Translations under genes and position numbers: made by a program
In this document: in pieces, positions 47,017 to 55,250 of the stretch
Layout: each line of letters opens with the position of its first letter
Position numbering within the stretch: the stretch's first letter is position 1
DNA from: Deltaproteobacteria bacterium
GTDB lineage: Bacteria > Myxococcota > Kuafuiibacteriia > Kuafuiibacteriales > Kuafuiibacteriaceae
Length of the DNA: 64,000 bases
Assembly: GCA_040218735.1 (NCBI GenBank)
Contig: JAVJQW010000006.1
Span: 1-64,000 of the forward strand
Reading direction: 5' to 3'
The notes under the pieces: generated by a model
The model's input: the letters and a program-made list of their open reading frames with translations, nothing else
What the model was told of the DNA's origin: nothing
Database searches by the model: none

Positions 47017-48465
47017 GTGAACAGGCACTTCTACCCTCGGGCTCTCCTCCTCGGCGCGCTGCTCGCGACCGCCTGCGCCGAACAGACCTTCGAAGCGCTC
47101 TCCTCGCCGCCTCCGATCGAGATCGACGCCACGGATCTCCCGGTCAGCGTCGATGCCGGCGCGACCGTCGCGATCGAGATCCGCGCGAAGGGCGGCGAGG
47201 GCCTCCACACGTGGCGCGTCGCGGAGGGGGCGCTCCCGCCGGGGTTGGGCCTCATGACCGACGGCAGCGCCAAAGCCGTGATCGCCGGGACGTCGGAACG
47301 TCCCTCGGTCACCACCGCGTACGACGCGACGATCGAAGTCGAGGATGTCTACGGCAACACCGGGCGCACCGAGTTTCGGCTGATGGTCTCGGTGGGCCTG
47401 ACGCCGTCGACGCTACAGATCGTCACCGCGACCGTCGCGTCGGGCCGGGTGGGCGAGGCGTACCTCGAGCAGATCGACGCGCAGGGCGGGACGAGCCAAG
47501 GGTACACGTGGTCCGTGGTGGCGGGGGCCCTCCCGTCCGGTCTCTCGTTGACGAGCACCGGCGCGCCCTCGGGGCTCGTGATCGGCGTCCCCACGCAGAC
47601 CGGCACCGTGACCGCGCGCGTGCGTGTCACCGACTCCGGCGCCAACACCGACGAGCGCGACTTCACGTTCATCATCCGCGGCCGCGATCTCTACGTCGCG
47701 ACGTCGACGCTCAGCCTCGCGTGTACGTCCTCTTCCACGACCTACCTCGAGAACCTCGAAGCGCGCGGCGGTACCGGCACCGGCTACACGTGGTCGATCG
47801 CGAGCGGCGCGCTCCCGCCCGGCCTCTCGCTGACGATCGACGGCATCATCTGGGGCCAGGTCGCGGGGAGCGGCACGTACAACTTCGTGGCGCGCGTCGA
47901 GGACAGCGCCGGCGCCAGCGCGACGCGGGCGCTCGCGATCCGCGTCTCCTGCGGCGTCATGATCCTCGACTCGAACCTCGGCGCGACGACCACGACGCGG
48001 CTCTTCGAGTATCAACTCACCGCGACCGGGGGCATCCCGCCCTATAGCTGGCTGCCCGGCGCGGAGGGCACGCCGTCCGGACTGCAGCTACTCCCGAACG
48101 GTTTGCTCCGAGGGGTGCCGACGACGACCGGGACCGTCGCGTTCGCCGTCACCGTCCAGGATTCGGCGGGCAACTACGACGTCGAGACGCTCCACCTCCA
48201 GGTCGTCGGTCCGGTCCGGATCCGGACGTCGTCCGTGGCGGATGGTTACCTCGGCGTGCCGTATTACGCGCCGCTGTCGGCGACGGGTGGTCTGCAGCCC
48301 TACGAATGGTCGGGCTGGGAGGTCCCGCCGGGCTACCAGATACTGAGCAGCGGAGCGATCGCCGGGACGGCGACCGCGTCGACCGGCTACTACCTCGCGG
48401 TGGTCTTCGTGCACGACCACTTGCAGCAGGTCGCGTCCGCGACGGTGAGCATCCGCGTGTACTGA
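47017..48465 (+). CDS. putative Ig-domain (He_PIG-like) repeat lipoprotein
   Basis: Lipobox LATAC; five repeats of A.GG...YTWS...GALP.GL.L...G.I.G.P. Confidence 0.85.
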   Translation: MNRHFYPRALLLGALLATACAEQTFEALSSPPPIEIDATDLPVSVDAGATVAIEIRAKGGEGLHTWRVAEGALPPGLGLMTDGSAKAVIAGTSERPSVTTAYDATIEVEDVYGNTGRTEFRLMVSVGLTPSTLQIVTATVASGRVGEAYLEQIDAQGGTSQGYTWSVVAGALPSGLSLTSTGAPSGLVIGVPTQTGTVTARVRVTDSGANTDERDFTFIIRGRDLYVATSTLSLACTSSSTTYLENLEARGGTGTGYTWSIASGALPPGLSLTIDGIIWGQVAGSGTYNFVARVEDSAGASATRALAIRVSCGVMILDSNLGATTTTRLFEYQLTATGGIPPYSWLPGAEGTPSGLQLLPNGLLRGVPTTTGTVAFAVTVQDSAGNYDVETLHLQVVGPVRIRTSSVADGYLGVPYYAPLSATGGLQPYEWSGWEVPPGYQILSSGAIAGTATASTGYYLAVVFVHDHLQQVASATVSIRVY

Positions 48466-48472
48466 GCGCGCT

Positions 48473-48919
48473 CTACTTCCAGGCTTCGTACTTCTTCGCC
48501 GACTCCGGCCCCGCGAAGACTTGCAACCCCACCATCTCGGCGTCGCCGTTTTGGAACGTCACCTCCGCGTTGGCCGGCATGTAGATCGTGTCACCCACCC
48601 CGATCTCGCTGGCGACGCCGTCGATCGTGATCGTGCCGCTCCCCGCGAGGACGTGGATGAACTCTTCGCTCGCGTCGCGGTGCACGGGGACCTTCGCGCC
48701 GGCCTGCATCGTGAGGTGACCGACGTACGCGTTCGCGCCGCGCGCGAGGTGACGAATGGTCGCGGTCTTCGGCGGCGCCATGCCCGAGGGGGCCGCGTCG
48801 AGCTTGACGATGGTGGGTGCCATCGACGGCGCGTCGGACGCCGTCGCCGAGACGGCGGCGGTCGCGCAAGCGCCGAGGAGGAAACAGAAACAGCCGGTGA
48901 CGAGGTGCGAGTGCTCCAT
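48473..48919 (-). CDS. cupin domain protein (secreted/lipoprotein)
   Basis: PVHRDASEEFIHVLAGSG, GDTIYMPAN; N-terminal LLGAC. Confidence 0.85.
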   Translation of the reverse strand: MEHSHLVTGCFCFLLGACATAAVSATASDAPSMAPTIVKLDAAPSGMAPPKTATIRHLARGANAYVGHLTMQAGAKVPVHRDASEEFIHVLAGSGTITIDGVASEIGVGDTIYMPANAEVTFQNGDAEMVGLQVFAGPESAKKYEAWK

Positions 48920-48948
48920 GACTCGCCAGTGCTCGCACGAGCCGGGGG

Positions 48949-49905
48949 TCAGTTCAACGCCGCCTCGAACGCCTCGTACGCCTCGCGCGCGTCCTCGAGC
49001 AGCTCGTCGATCGTGTCGAACGTGCCGATCAGGTCGATCGTCGTGGGGTTGGTGAGCTCGGGGTCGGTGATGTTGTCGATCATGCGGTGTCCCAGTTCGT
49101 CAGCGGCCTGGAGGATGCGCGTCAGGCGCAGCTCGTCCGGCTCGTCTTCGTCGAGTGGTTTGAGAGGGGCGTGGTGGTCGAGGATCGCCGCGACGACGCG
49201 GTGGTCGAACGCCCAAGTGCGCGCGATGAGGCCGGAGAAGCCGGCGTGGAGCTCGTCGGCCGCGCGCATGAGCATCGATGCGCTCGGCGCGCCGCGGTCC
49301 TTGGAGGTCTCCGCGGACTGGCCGCCCGCGATCGCGTAGACGAACACCCGACCGAAGTCGTGGAGCAGGCCGACGGTGAACGCCTCGGCGCTCGCCGAAG
49401 GGAGCAGCGTGTCGGCGACGAGCTGCGCGTTGACCGCGGTCGCGAGCGAGTGACGGAACACTTCGCGGGCCTGCGTGCGGTAGCCGATCGAGTTGAACAG
49501 CGAAGCCTTCGCGACGATCGCCGTCACCCAGGCGACGGACTTCTGCATCCCCACGCGCACGACCGCCTCGTCGATGTGCTCGATGCGGTGGCGGCCCGCG
49601 AAGAACGCGGAGTTCGCGAGCCCGATGAACTGCGCGGCGATCACTGGGTTGTGGCGGATCGCCCGGGCGAGGTCGCGCGGGCCCGCGTTGGGATCGCTGA
49701 GGACGAGCCGCACGCGAGCGAGGTCTTCGGGGAGCTGCGGCGGCTCGAGGCCGGTGCCGCGCGCGGCGCACCGTAGCTCTTCGAGGAACGCAGGATCGTC
49801 CGGGTGTGTGGCGGCTTGCTCGAGGGCGTCGATGGCCGAGTCGAGCTGCGTGCGAATCGGCTCGACGTCGTCCGTCGGCTCACAGGCCACGAGAGGGGCG
49901 GTCAT
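48949..49905 (-). CDS. HDOD domain protein
   Basis: PPQLP, LANSAFF, AVVRVG, RHSLATA, AFTVGLLHDFGR, TWAF..VVAAILDHH. Confidence 0.88.
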   Translation of the reverse strand: MTAPLVACEPTDDVEPIRTQLDSAIDALEQAATHPDDPAFLEELRCAARGTGLEPPQLPEDLARVRLVLSDPNAGPRDLARAIRHNPVIAAQFIGLANSAFFAGRHRIEHIDEAVVRVGMQKSVAWVTAIVAKASLFNSIGYRTQAREVFRHSLATAVNAQLVADTLLPSASAEAFTVGLLHDFGRVFVYAIAGGQSAETSKDRGAPSASMLMRAADELHAGFSGLIARTWAFDHRVVAAILDHHAPLKPLDEDEPDELRLTRILQAADELGHRMIDNITDPELTNPTTIDLIGTFDTIDELLEDAREAYEAFEAALN

Positions 49906-49912
49906 ACCCCCC

Positions 49913-49939
49913 TCATCGGCCTTGATGGCGAGAATTCGA
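49913..49939 (-). promoter_or_regulatory. sigma28-like promoter TCGAATT-N12-GCCGATGA
   Basis: 7 nt before the HDOD ATG; weaker match to the 24764/42691 motif. Confidence 0.4.
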
Positions 49940-49998
49940 CCCCGAGGTTCAGTTGTTTCGTGACGAGACGTGGGGCGGTGTGGTTGTCGATCCCCGCT

Positions 49999-51402
49999 TT
50001 GAGTGAGGCTCCCCGGCACAGCTCGGCCTTCCGCTTCCGCCGCGTCCTGAACTGGTTCCCGCTCGGGCTCGCCTACGCGTTCCTCTACATGGGGCGCTAC
50101 AACCTGACGGTCGCGAAGAACGCCCTCGGCGACCTCATGACGAAGGCCGAGTTCGGAGAGATCTTCGGGGTCGGGGCGCTCGTCTACGGCTTTGCTTTTG
50201 TCATCAACGGGCCGCTCACCGACCGGCTCGGCGGGCGCTTCTCGATGCTCGTGGGTGTGCTCGGCGCGCTCATCATGAACGCCGCGATGGGGGGGGTCCT
50301 GTACGGGCGCGAACACTGGGGGCTCGACCTGCCGATCGGCCTCACGTTCACGTTCCTCTACGCCGGCAACATGTACTTCCAGTCGTTCGGCGCCGTCGCG
50401 ATCGTGACGACGAAGGCACCGTGGTTCCACGTCCGCGAGCGCGGGACGTTCTCCACCATCTTCGGCGTGATGATCTCACTCGGCGTGTACTTCGCGTTCC
50501 AGTGGGGCGGGGCGCTCGTCGCGGCGACACGGGCGAAGGTCGACGGCGACATCCCGTGGTTCGGCGACCTCGCGCAGCTCCTCCTCGGCGTCGGCAACTC
50601 GGGCGTCGATCAGAACTGGTGGCTGTTCTTCACCCCCGCGCTCATCCTCGCGTTCTTCTGGGTCGTGATGTTCATGTTCCTGAGGAACACGCCTTCGGAC
50701 GCGGGTTTCGAGGACTTCGACACCGGTGAGGAGTCCGTCAGCGACGACGGCGAGCGGCTCCCCGTCGCCGTCATCTTCCGCAAGATCATGACCCACCCCG
50801 TCCTGGTGGTCATCTGCGGCATCGAGTTCTGCAGCGGCATCCTGAGGAATGGCGTCATGCAGTGGTACCTGATCTTCGCGAAGGAGACGGGCATCCGCGG
50901 CAACTTCTTCGTCCCCGACAACTGGGGCACGGTGCTCCTCTTCGCGGGTCTCGCCGGCTCGTTCCTCACCGGGTGGGCCTCCGACCGGTTCTTCTCGTCA
51001 CGGCGCGCGCCGATGGGCGGGATCCTGTACGGGCTGATGCTCGCGTCGACGGTGCTGATGTGCTTCACGCTCGGCGGGAGCTACTGGCTCGTCGGCAGCG
51101 CGGTGGTGCTGGTGTCGATGGCGGTGATCGGTGTCCACGGCATCATGTCCGGCACGTCGACGGTTGACTTCGGCGGCGCCAAGAACGCGGGCGCCGCGGT
51201 GGGCATCGTGGACGGGCTCGTCTACCTCGGCACCGGCCTGCAGTCCTTCGCGGCCGGGTACATGACCCCCACCGGTGACGCCGCCAAGGACCCCGCGAAC
51301 TGGGTGGGCTGGCCGGCGTTCCTGGTGCCGTTTGCGCTGATCGGGGTGCTCCTCTCCCTCAAGATCTGGAACGCCGCGCCGCGCTCGAAATCCGCACATT
51401 AG
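49999..51402 (+). CDS. MFS transporter, GlpT/OPA-like
   Basis: YMGRYN, GPLTDRLGGR, PWFHVRERGTF, GWASDRFFSSRRAP, DFGGAKNAGAAVGIVDG; start uncertain (49978 or 49999). Confidence 0.88.
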   Translation: MSEAPRHSSAFRFRRVLNWFPLGLAYAFLYMGRYNLTVAKNALGDLMTKAEFGEIFGVGALVYGFAFVINGPLTDRLGGRFSMLVGVLGALIMNAAMGGVLYGREHWGLDLPIGLTFTFLYAGNMYFQSFGAVAIVTTKAPWFHVRERGTFSTIFGVMISLGVYFAFQWGGALVAATRAKVDGDIPWFGDLAQLLLGVGNSGVDQNWWLFFTPALILAFFWVVMFMFLRNTPSDAGFEDFDTGEESVSDDGERLPVAVIFRKIMTHPVLVVICGIEFCSGILRNGVMQWYLIFAKETGIRGNFFVPDNWGTVLLFAGLAGSFLTGWASDRFFSSRRAPMGGILYGLMLASTVLMCFTLGGSYWLVGSAVVLVSMAVIGVHGIMSGTSTVDFGGAKNAGAAVGIVDGLVYLGTGLQSFAAGYMTPTGDAAKDPANWVGWPAFLVPFALIGVLLSLKIWNAAPRSKSAH

Positions 51403-51474
51403 CCCGGTTCTGAAAAAAGGCTTCAACGAAGCCGGGGTCGTGCCGACCTGAAACGTTCGAAAGTGAGGCACGAC

Positions 51475-51825
51475 ATGGCCGAATCAGCGGGCATCATCGG
51501 AAAAGGCATTCGAATCAAGGGCGAGCTCTCCGGCACCGGCGAGCTGGTCGTCGCGGGTGAGATCGACGGGCGCATCGACCTGTCGGACCACCTCAAGGTC
51601 GACGAGAGCGGCGTCGTGAACGCGGAGATCTCCGCGAAGCAGCTGACGGTCTTCGGCAAGGCGTCGGGCGACATGACGGCCAACGAGAAGATCGAGGTCA
51701 AGGCGTCGGCCACCGTCATCGGCGACGTGAAGACGCCCAGCATCATGATCGAAGACGGCGCGACCTTCCGCGGCAACGTGCACATGGACGTGCAGCTGCC
51801 CGAGGGTGTCGGGAGGCGGAGCTGA
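51475..51825 (+). CDS. bactofilin (polymer-forming cytoskeletal protein)
   Basis: IIGKGIRIKGEL...IEDGATFRGNVHM. Confidence 0.9.
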   Translation: MAESAGIIGKGIRIKGELSGTGELVVAGEIDGRIDLSDHLKVDESGVVNAEISAKQLTVFGKASGDMTANEKIEVKASATVIGDVKTPSIMIEDGATFRGNVHMDVQLPEGVGRRS

Positions 51826-52139
51826 TGGCTACGAAGACGACCATCGGCACCTCCATCACGATCGACGGCACGATCACGAGCAAGGACGACATCGTCGTGC
51901 ACGGCAAGATGCAAGGTAAGTTGACGACGTCCCGCGACGTGAAGATCGCCAAGGAAGGCACGCTCGAAGCGGACGTCGACGCGAAGACGGTTCAGATCGT
52001 CGGCGCCCTGCGCGGCGGCATCCAGGCCAGCGGCAAGGCGGTCATCGAGCCCGACGGCAAGATGATCGGCGACATCAAGGCTCCGCGGATCCTGATCGCG
52101 GACGGCGCTCGGTTCACCGGGCACATCGACATGGGGTGA
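51825..52139 (+). CDS. bactofilin
   Basis: TIGTSITIDGTI...GDIKAPRILIADGARFTGHIDM; TGATG overlap. Confidence 0.9.
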   Translation: MATKTTIGTSITIDGTITSKDDIVVHGKMQGKLTTSRDVKIAKEGTLEADVDAKTVQIVGALRGGIQASGKAVIEPDGKMIGDIKAPRILIADGARFTGHIDMG

Positions 52140-52648
52140 GCGAGATGACGAACACGAAGAAACGAAACACGCTGACCCCGACCGAGATCGGGGCCGAGAC
52201 CAAGGTCCAGGGCCGCATCTTCGGTGAAGAGGACCTGTCGATCCTCGGGCACGTCCTCGGCAACATCACCATCCTCGGCACCGTCGACGTCGCGGACGGC
52301 GGCATCGTCGAGGCCGACGTCGAGGCGACGAAGGTCGTCGTGTCCGGCGTGGTCGTCGGGAACGTGACCGCGACCGAGGCGCTGATCATCGAGTCCACCG
52401 GCCGCGTCGTCGGTGAGCTGTCCGCCCCGACGCTCCGCATCGTGCAGGGCGCGCAGTACTCCGGCCGCCTCGACGTGGGGCGCATGGAGACGAAGGCGAC
52501 GGCCGAGCCGAAGACCGACACCAAGACCGAGACGACCCACGAAGAGCAGACGAAGAGCGAAGATCTCCCCGCGCCGGTTCCGCTGGCCGAGGCGCGTCGT
52601 GACCGCGACCGCCCGACCAAGCGCGTGCTCGTGAAGAAGCGCGCGTAG
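52136..52648 (+). CDS. bactofilin with C-terminal tail (BacP-like)
   Basis: IGAETKVQGRI...GAQYSGRLDV followed by a disordered tail ending KRVLVKKRA. Confidence 0.85.
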   Translation: MSEMTNTKKRNTLTPTEIGAETKVQGRIFGEEDLSILGHVLGNITILGTVDVADGGIVEADVEATKVVVSGVVVGNVTATEALIIESTGRVVGELSAPTLRIVQGAQYSGRLDVGRMETKATAEPKTDTKTETTHEEQTKSEDLPAPVPLAEARRDRDRPTKRVLVKKRA

Positions 52649-52757
52649 GGGCCGGACTCCGACGAAGAGTGTGTGCATGGTGCGGGTGCGTCGCGAATGG
52701 ATTCGCGGCGCGCCCGTTTCCCCTTACGTTCTCACTTCGCTGCTAAGCTCCCTGAAC

Positions 52758-53672
52758 GTGAGCGTCACCCAACACCACGAACCCGCCTGCGACCCTTGCT
52801 CCGATTCCCACGTCGTCGCCCTGAAGATCGCGGCGCGCGAGCGTGACATCGGCGCGTTCACCGTCGCGCGCATCCTCCCGTCGGCGCGGCGGCGGCTCGT
52901 CGGCCCGTTCATCTTCTTCGATCACATGGGCCCCGCCGAGCTTCCGCCCGGCGTCGGGATGAACGTGCGACCGCACCCGCACATCGGGCTCGCCACGGTG
53001 ACGTACCTGTTCGAGGGTGAGATCCACCACCGCGACAGCCTCGGCTTCTCGCAGCCGATCCGCCCCGGCGCGATCAACTGGATGACGGCGGGCCGCGGCA
53101 TCGTGCACTCGGAGCGAAGCAGCCCCGAAGTAACGGCCGCCGCGGCGCGCGTGCACGGCATTCAGCTCTGGGTCGCGCTCCCCAAGGAACACGAAGAAGC
53201 CGAGCCGGCGTTCGTACATCACCCGGCCGACACCATCCCGGCCGTCGAGCTCGACGGTGTGAAGCTGCGCTTGCTGATCGGTTCCGCGTACGGGGTCGCG
53301 TCGCCCGTGCAGACGCTCGCCCCCATGATCTACGCCGAGGTGATCCTCGAGCCGGGGGCATCAGTCGCGCTCCCCGACGTGGAGGAGCGCGCGGCGTACG
53401 TCGTGACGGGGGCGCTCCAGGCCGGCGACGAAACGGGCGCGGCCCGCGAGATGCTGGTGTTCGAACCCGGCGCGGTCACCGTGCGCGCGGGGGAGGAGGG
53501 CGCGCACGTGATGTTGATCGGCGGCCCGCCGATCGATGGCGAGCGCCACATCTTCTGGAACTTCGTCTCCAGCTCCAAGGCGCGCATCGAACGCGCGAAG
53601 TCCGAGTGGCGCGACGAGAAGTTCCCGCTCGTACCGGGCGACGACGCCGAACGCATCCCGCTCCCCGAGTAA
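52758..53672 (+). CDS. pirin family protein
   Basis: VGPFIFFDHMGP, RPHPHIGLATVTYLF, WMTAGRGIVHSE, QLWVALP, WNFVSS. Confidence 0.92.
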   Translation: MSVTQHHEPACDPCSDSHVVALKIAARERDIGAFTVARILPSARRRLVGPFIFFDHMGPAELPPGVGMNVRPHPHIGLATVTYLFEGEIHHRDSLGFSQPIRPGAINWMTAGRGIVHSERSSPEVTAAAARVHGIQLWVALPKEHEEAEPAFVHHPADTIPAVELDGVKLRLLIGSAYGVASPVQTLAPMIYAEVILEPGASVALPDVEERAAYVVTGALQAGDETGAAREMLVFEPGAVTVRAGEEGAHVMLIGGPPIDGERHIFWNFVSSSKARIERAKSEWRDEKFPLVPGDDAERIPLPE

Positions 53673-53746
53673 CACGCTGCCCCTTCAAATCCTCCCGTCC
53701 TTACGGTCCTTCCGATCGGTGGTCCTCGGCGGCGACCTGGCGGACA

Positions 53747-54415
53747 ATGCCGGACGTGTCCGGTCCGGAAGACGTCGCGAACCCGTTTGCCGCGCCCGAA
53801 GCCGCGGAGGCGATCGCGCCCGGGACCGATCTGTACGGGTACGAGGCGCCGCGCACCGCGGTCGTCGGAGGGCTCTACGCGTGCGCGGTGGTCAACACCC
53901 TGACGCTGATTCCGATCATCGCGATGAACGAGCGCATCTCCGATCCGATGTCGCTCCTCGACGGAAGCCCGCTGGCCATCGCGTACCTCGCGACGTCGAT
54001 GCTCGGCGGGCTCATCTTCTACGTGACCGTCGTCCTCTGGGCCCGCTGGGTCATGCGCGCCGCCCGCAACCTGCGGGCGTTCTCCCCCGACGGCTACTTC
54101 GCGTTCACGCCCGGCTCCCACGTGTGGTGGTACATCGTGCCGTTCCTCTCGCTGTGGAAACCGCTGGAAGGCATGCGTGAGATCGAGACGGTCTCGCTGA
54201 TGAGCGCCGACATCGCAGACGTCCCGAGGACGAGCCCCGTCGGCATATGGTGGGCGCTGTGGATCGGTCAGATCTTCATGAGCATGATCGTGAGCTGGTC
54301 GAACCTGTGGTGGATGATGATCGCCGGAGGGCTCACCGCGGCGAGCGCGGCCCTCGCCGCGGCCCGCGTGGTGAAGTACATCAACCGCCTGCAGGAGGCG
54401 CGCGCGACGCGCTGA
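53747..54415 (+). CDS. DUF4328-like membrane protein
   Basis: NPFAAP; W..RA.RNL; TPG...WWYIVPFLSLWKP...REI; WWALW. Confidence 0.75.
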   Translation: MPDVSGPEDVANPFAAPEAAEAIAPGTDLYGYEAPRTAVVGGLYACAVVNTLTLIPIIAMNERISDPMSLLDGSPLAIAYLATSMLGGLIFYVTVVLWARWVMRAARNLRAFSPDGYFAFTPGSHVWWYIVPFLSLWKPLEGMREIETVSLMSADIADVPRTSPVGIWWALWIGQIFMSMIVSWSNLWWMMIAGGLTAASAALAAARVVKYINRLQEARATR

Positions 54416-54455
54416 CCAGCGCGCCCGCGTCACCGCACGTCGAGGCCCGCCCCGA

Positions 54456-55199
54456 TCAGCGCGCGTCCAAGCCGCGCTCGATCTCCTGGGCGATCGCGCC
54501 GACCGCCGCGAGGGGGCTGCCGATCGCGGAGGGGGCCTTGGTGATCGGGCGCCCGATCACGAGGTAGTCGGCGCCGTCGCGGATCGCCTCGAACGGGGTC
54601 GCCGTCGCCTTCTGGTCGTGCGTGCGGGCCCACTCGGGCCGGATGCCGGGGACCACCTTCAGCATCTTGCGCCCGTCGGCGGTGGTCATCGGGTGGTCCT
54701 TCAGGATCTCGAGCTCCAGCGGCGAGCAGACGACGCCGGCCATGTTGCACTCGCCCGCCCAGGTCGCGAAGCGCTTCACGACGGTCTTGCGATCGGCGCC
54801 GTACATCTCTTCGCACTCGGCGTCGGACAGCGACGTGAGCGCGGTGATTGCGAGGGGCTTCGCGCCGTTCGGTCCGCACGCTTCGACGGCGGCCTTCATC
54901 GCGACGCGCCCGCCGCTCGCGTGCACGGAGATGAACTCGATGCCCGGGAGCTCGTTCGAGTTCTTCGCGGCGGAGGCGACGGTGAGCGGGATGTCGTGGA
55001 ACTTGGCGTCGTAGAAGAACTTCGCGTTGGAGTGTTTCTTCAGGATCTGCGCGAACACCGCGGGGCCGGAGTTGGCGAGCATCTGCAGCCCGATCTTGAA
55101 GAGCCCGACGGCGTCCCCGATCTCCAGGGCGATGAGCAGGGCCTGCTCGATCCGGTCGACGTCGATGGCGAGGATGATGCGGTCGGAGGCCTTGTCCAT
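54456..55199 (-). CDS. pyrF: orotidine-5'-phosphate decarboxylase
   Basis: ILAIDV, FKIG, DAKFHDIP, SVHASGG, VPGIRP, DQK, GADYLVIGRPIT. Confidence 0.95.
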   Translation of the reverse strand: MDKASDRIILAIDVDRIEQALLIALEIGDAVGLFKIGLQMLANSGPAVFAQILKKHSNAKFFYDAKFHDIPLTVASAAKNSNELPGIEFISVHASGGRVAMKAAVEACGPNGAKPLAITALTSLSDAECEEMYGADRKTVVKRFATWAGECNMAGVVCSPLELEILKDHPMTTADGRKMLKVVPGIRPEWARTHDQKATATPFEAIRDGADYLVIGRPITKAPSAIGSPLAAVGAIAQEIERGLDAR

Positions 55200-55250
55200 G
55201 GCGTGTTCTCGCGCCCCTATAACACACTCGTGTGCTAGTCTCCGCCGCCC

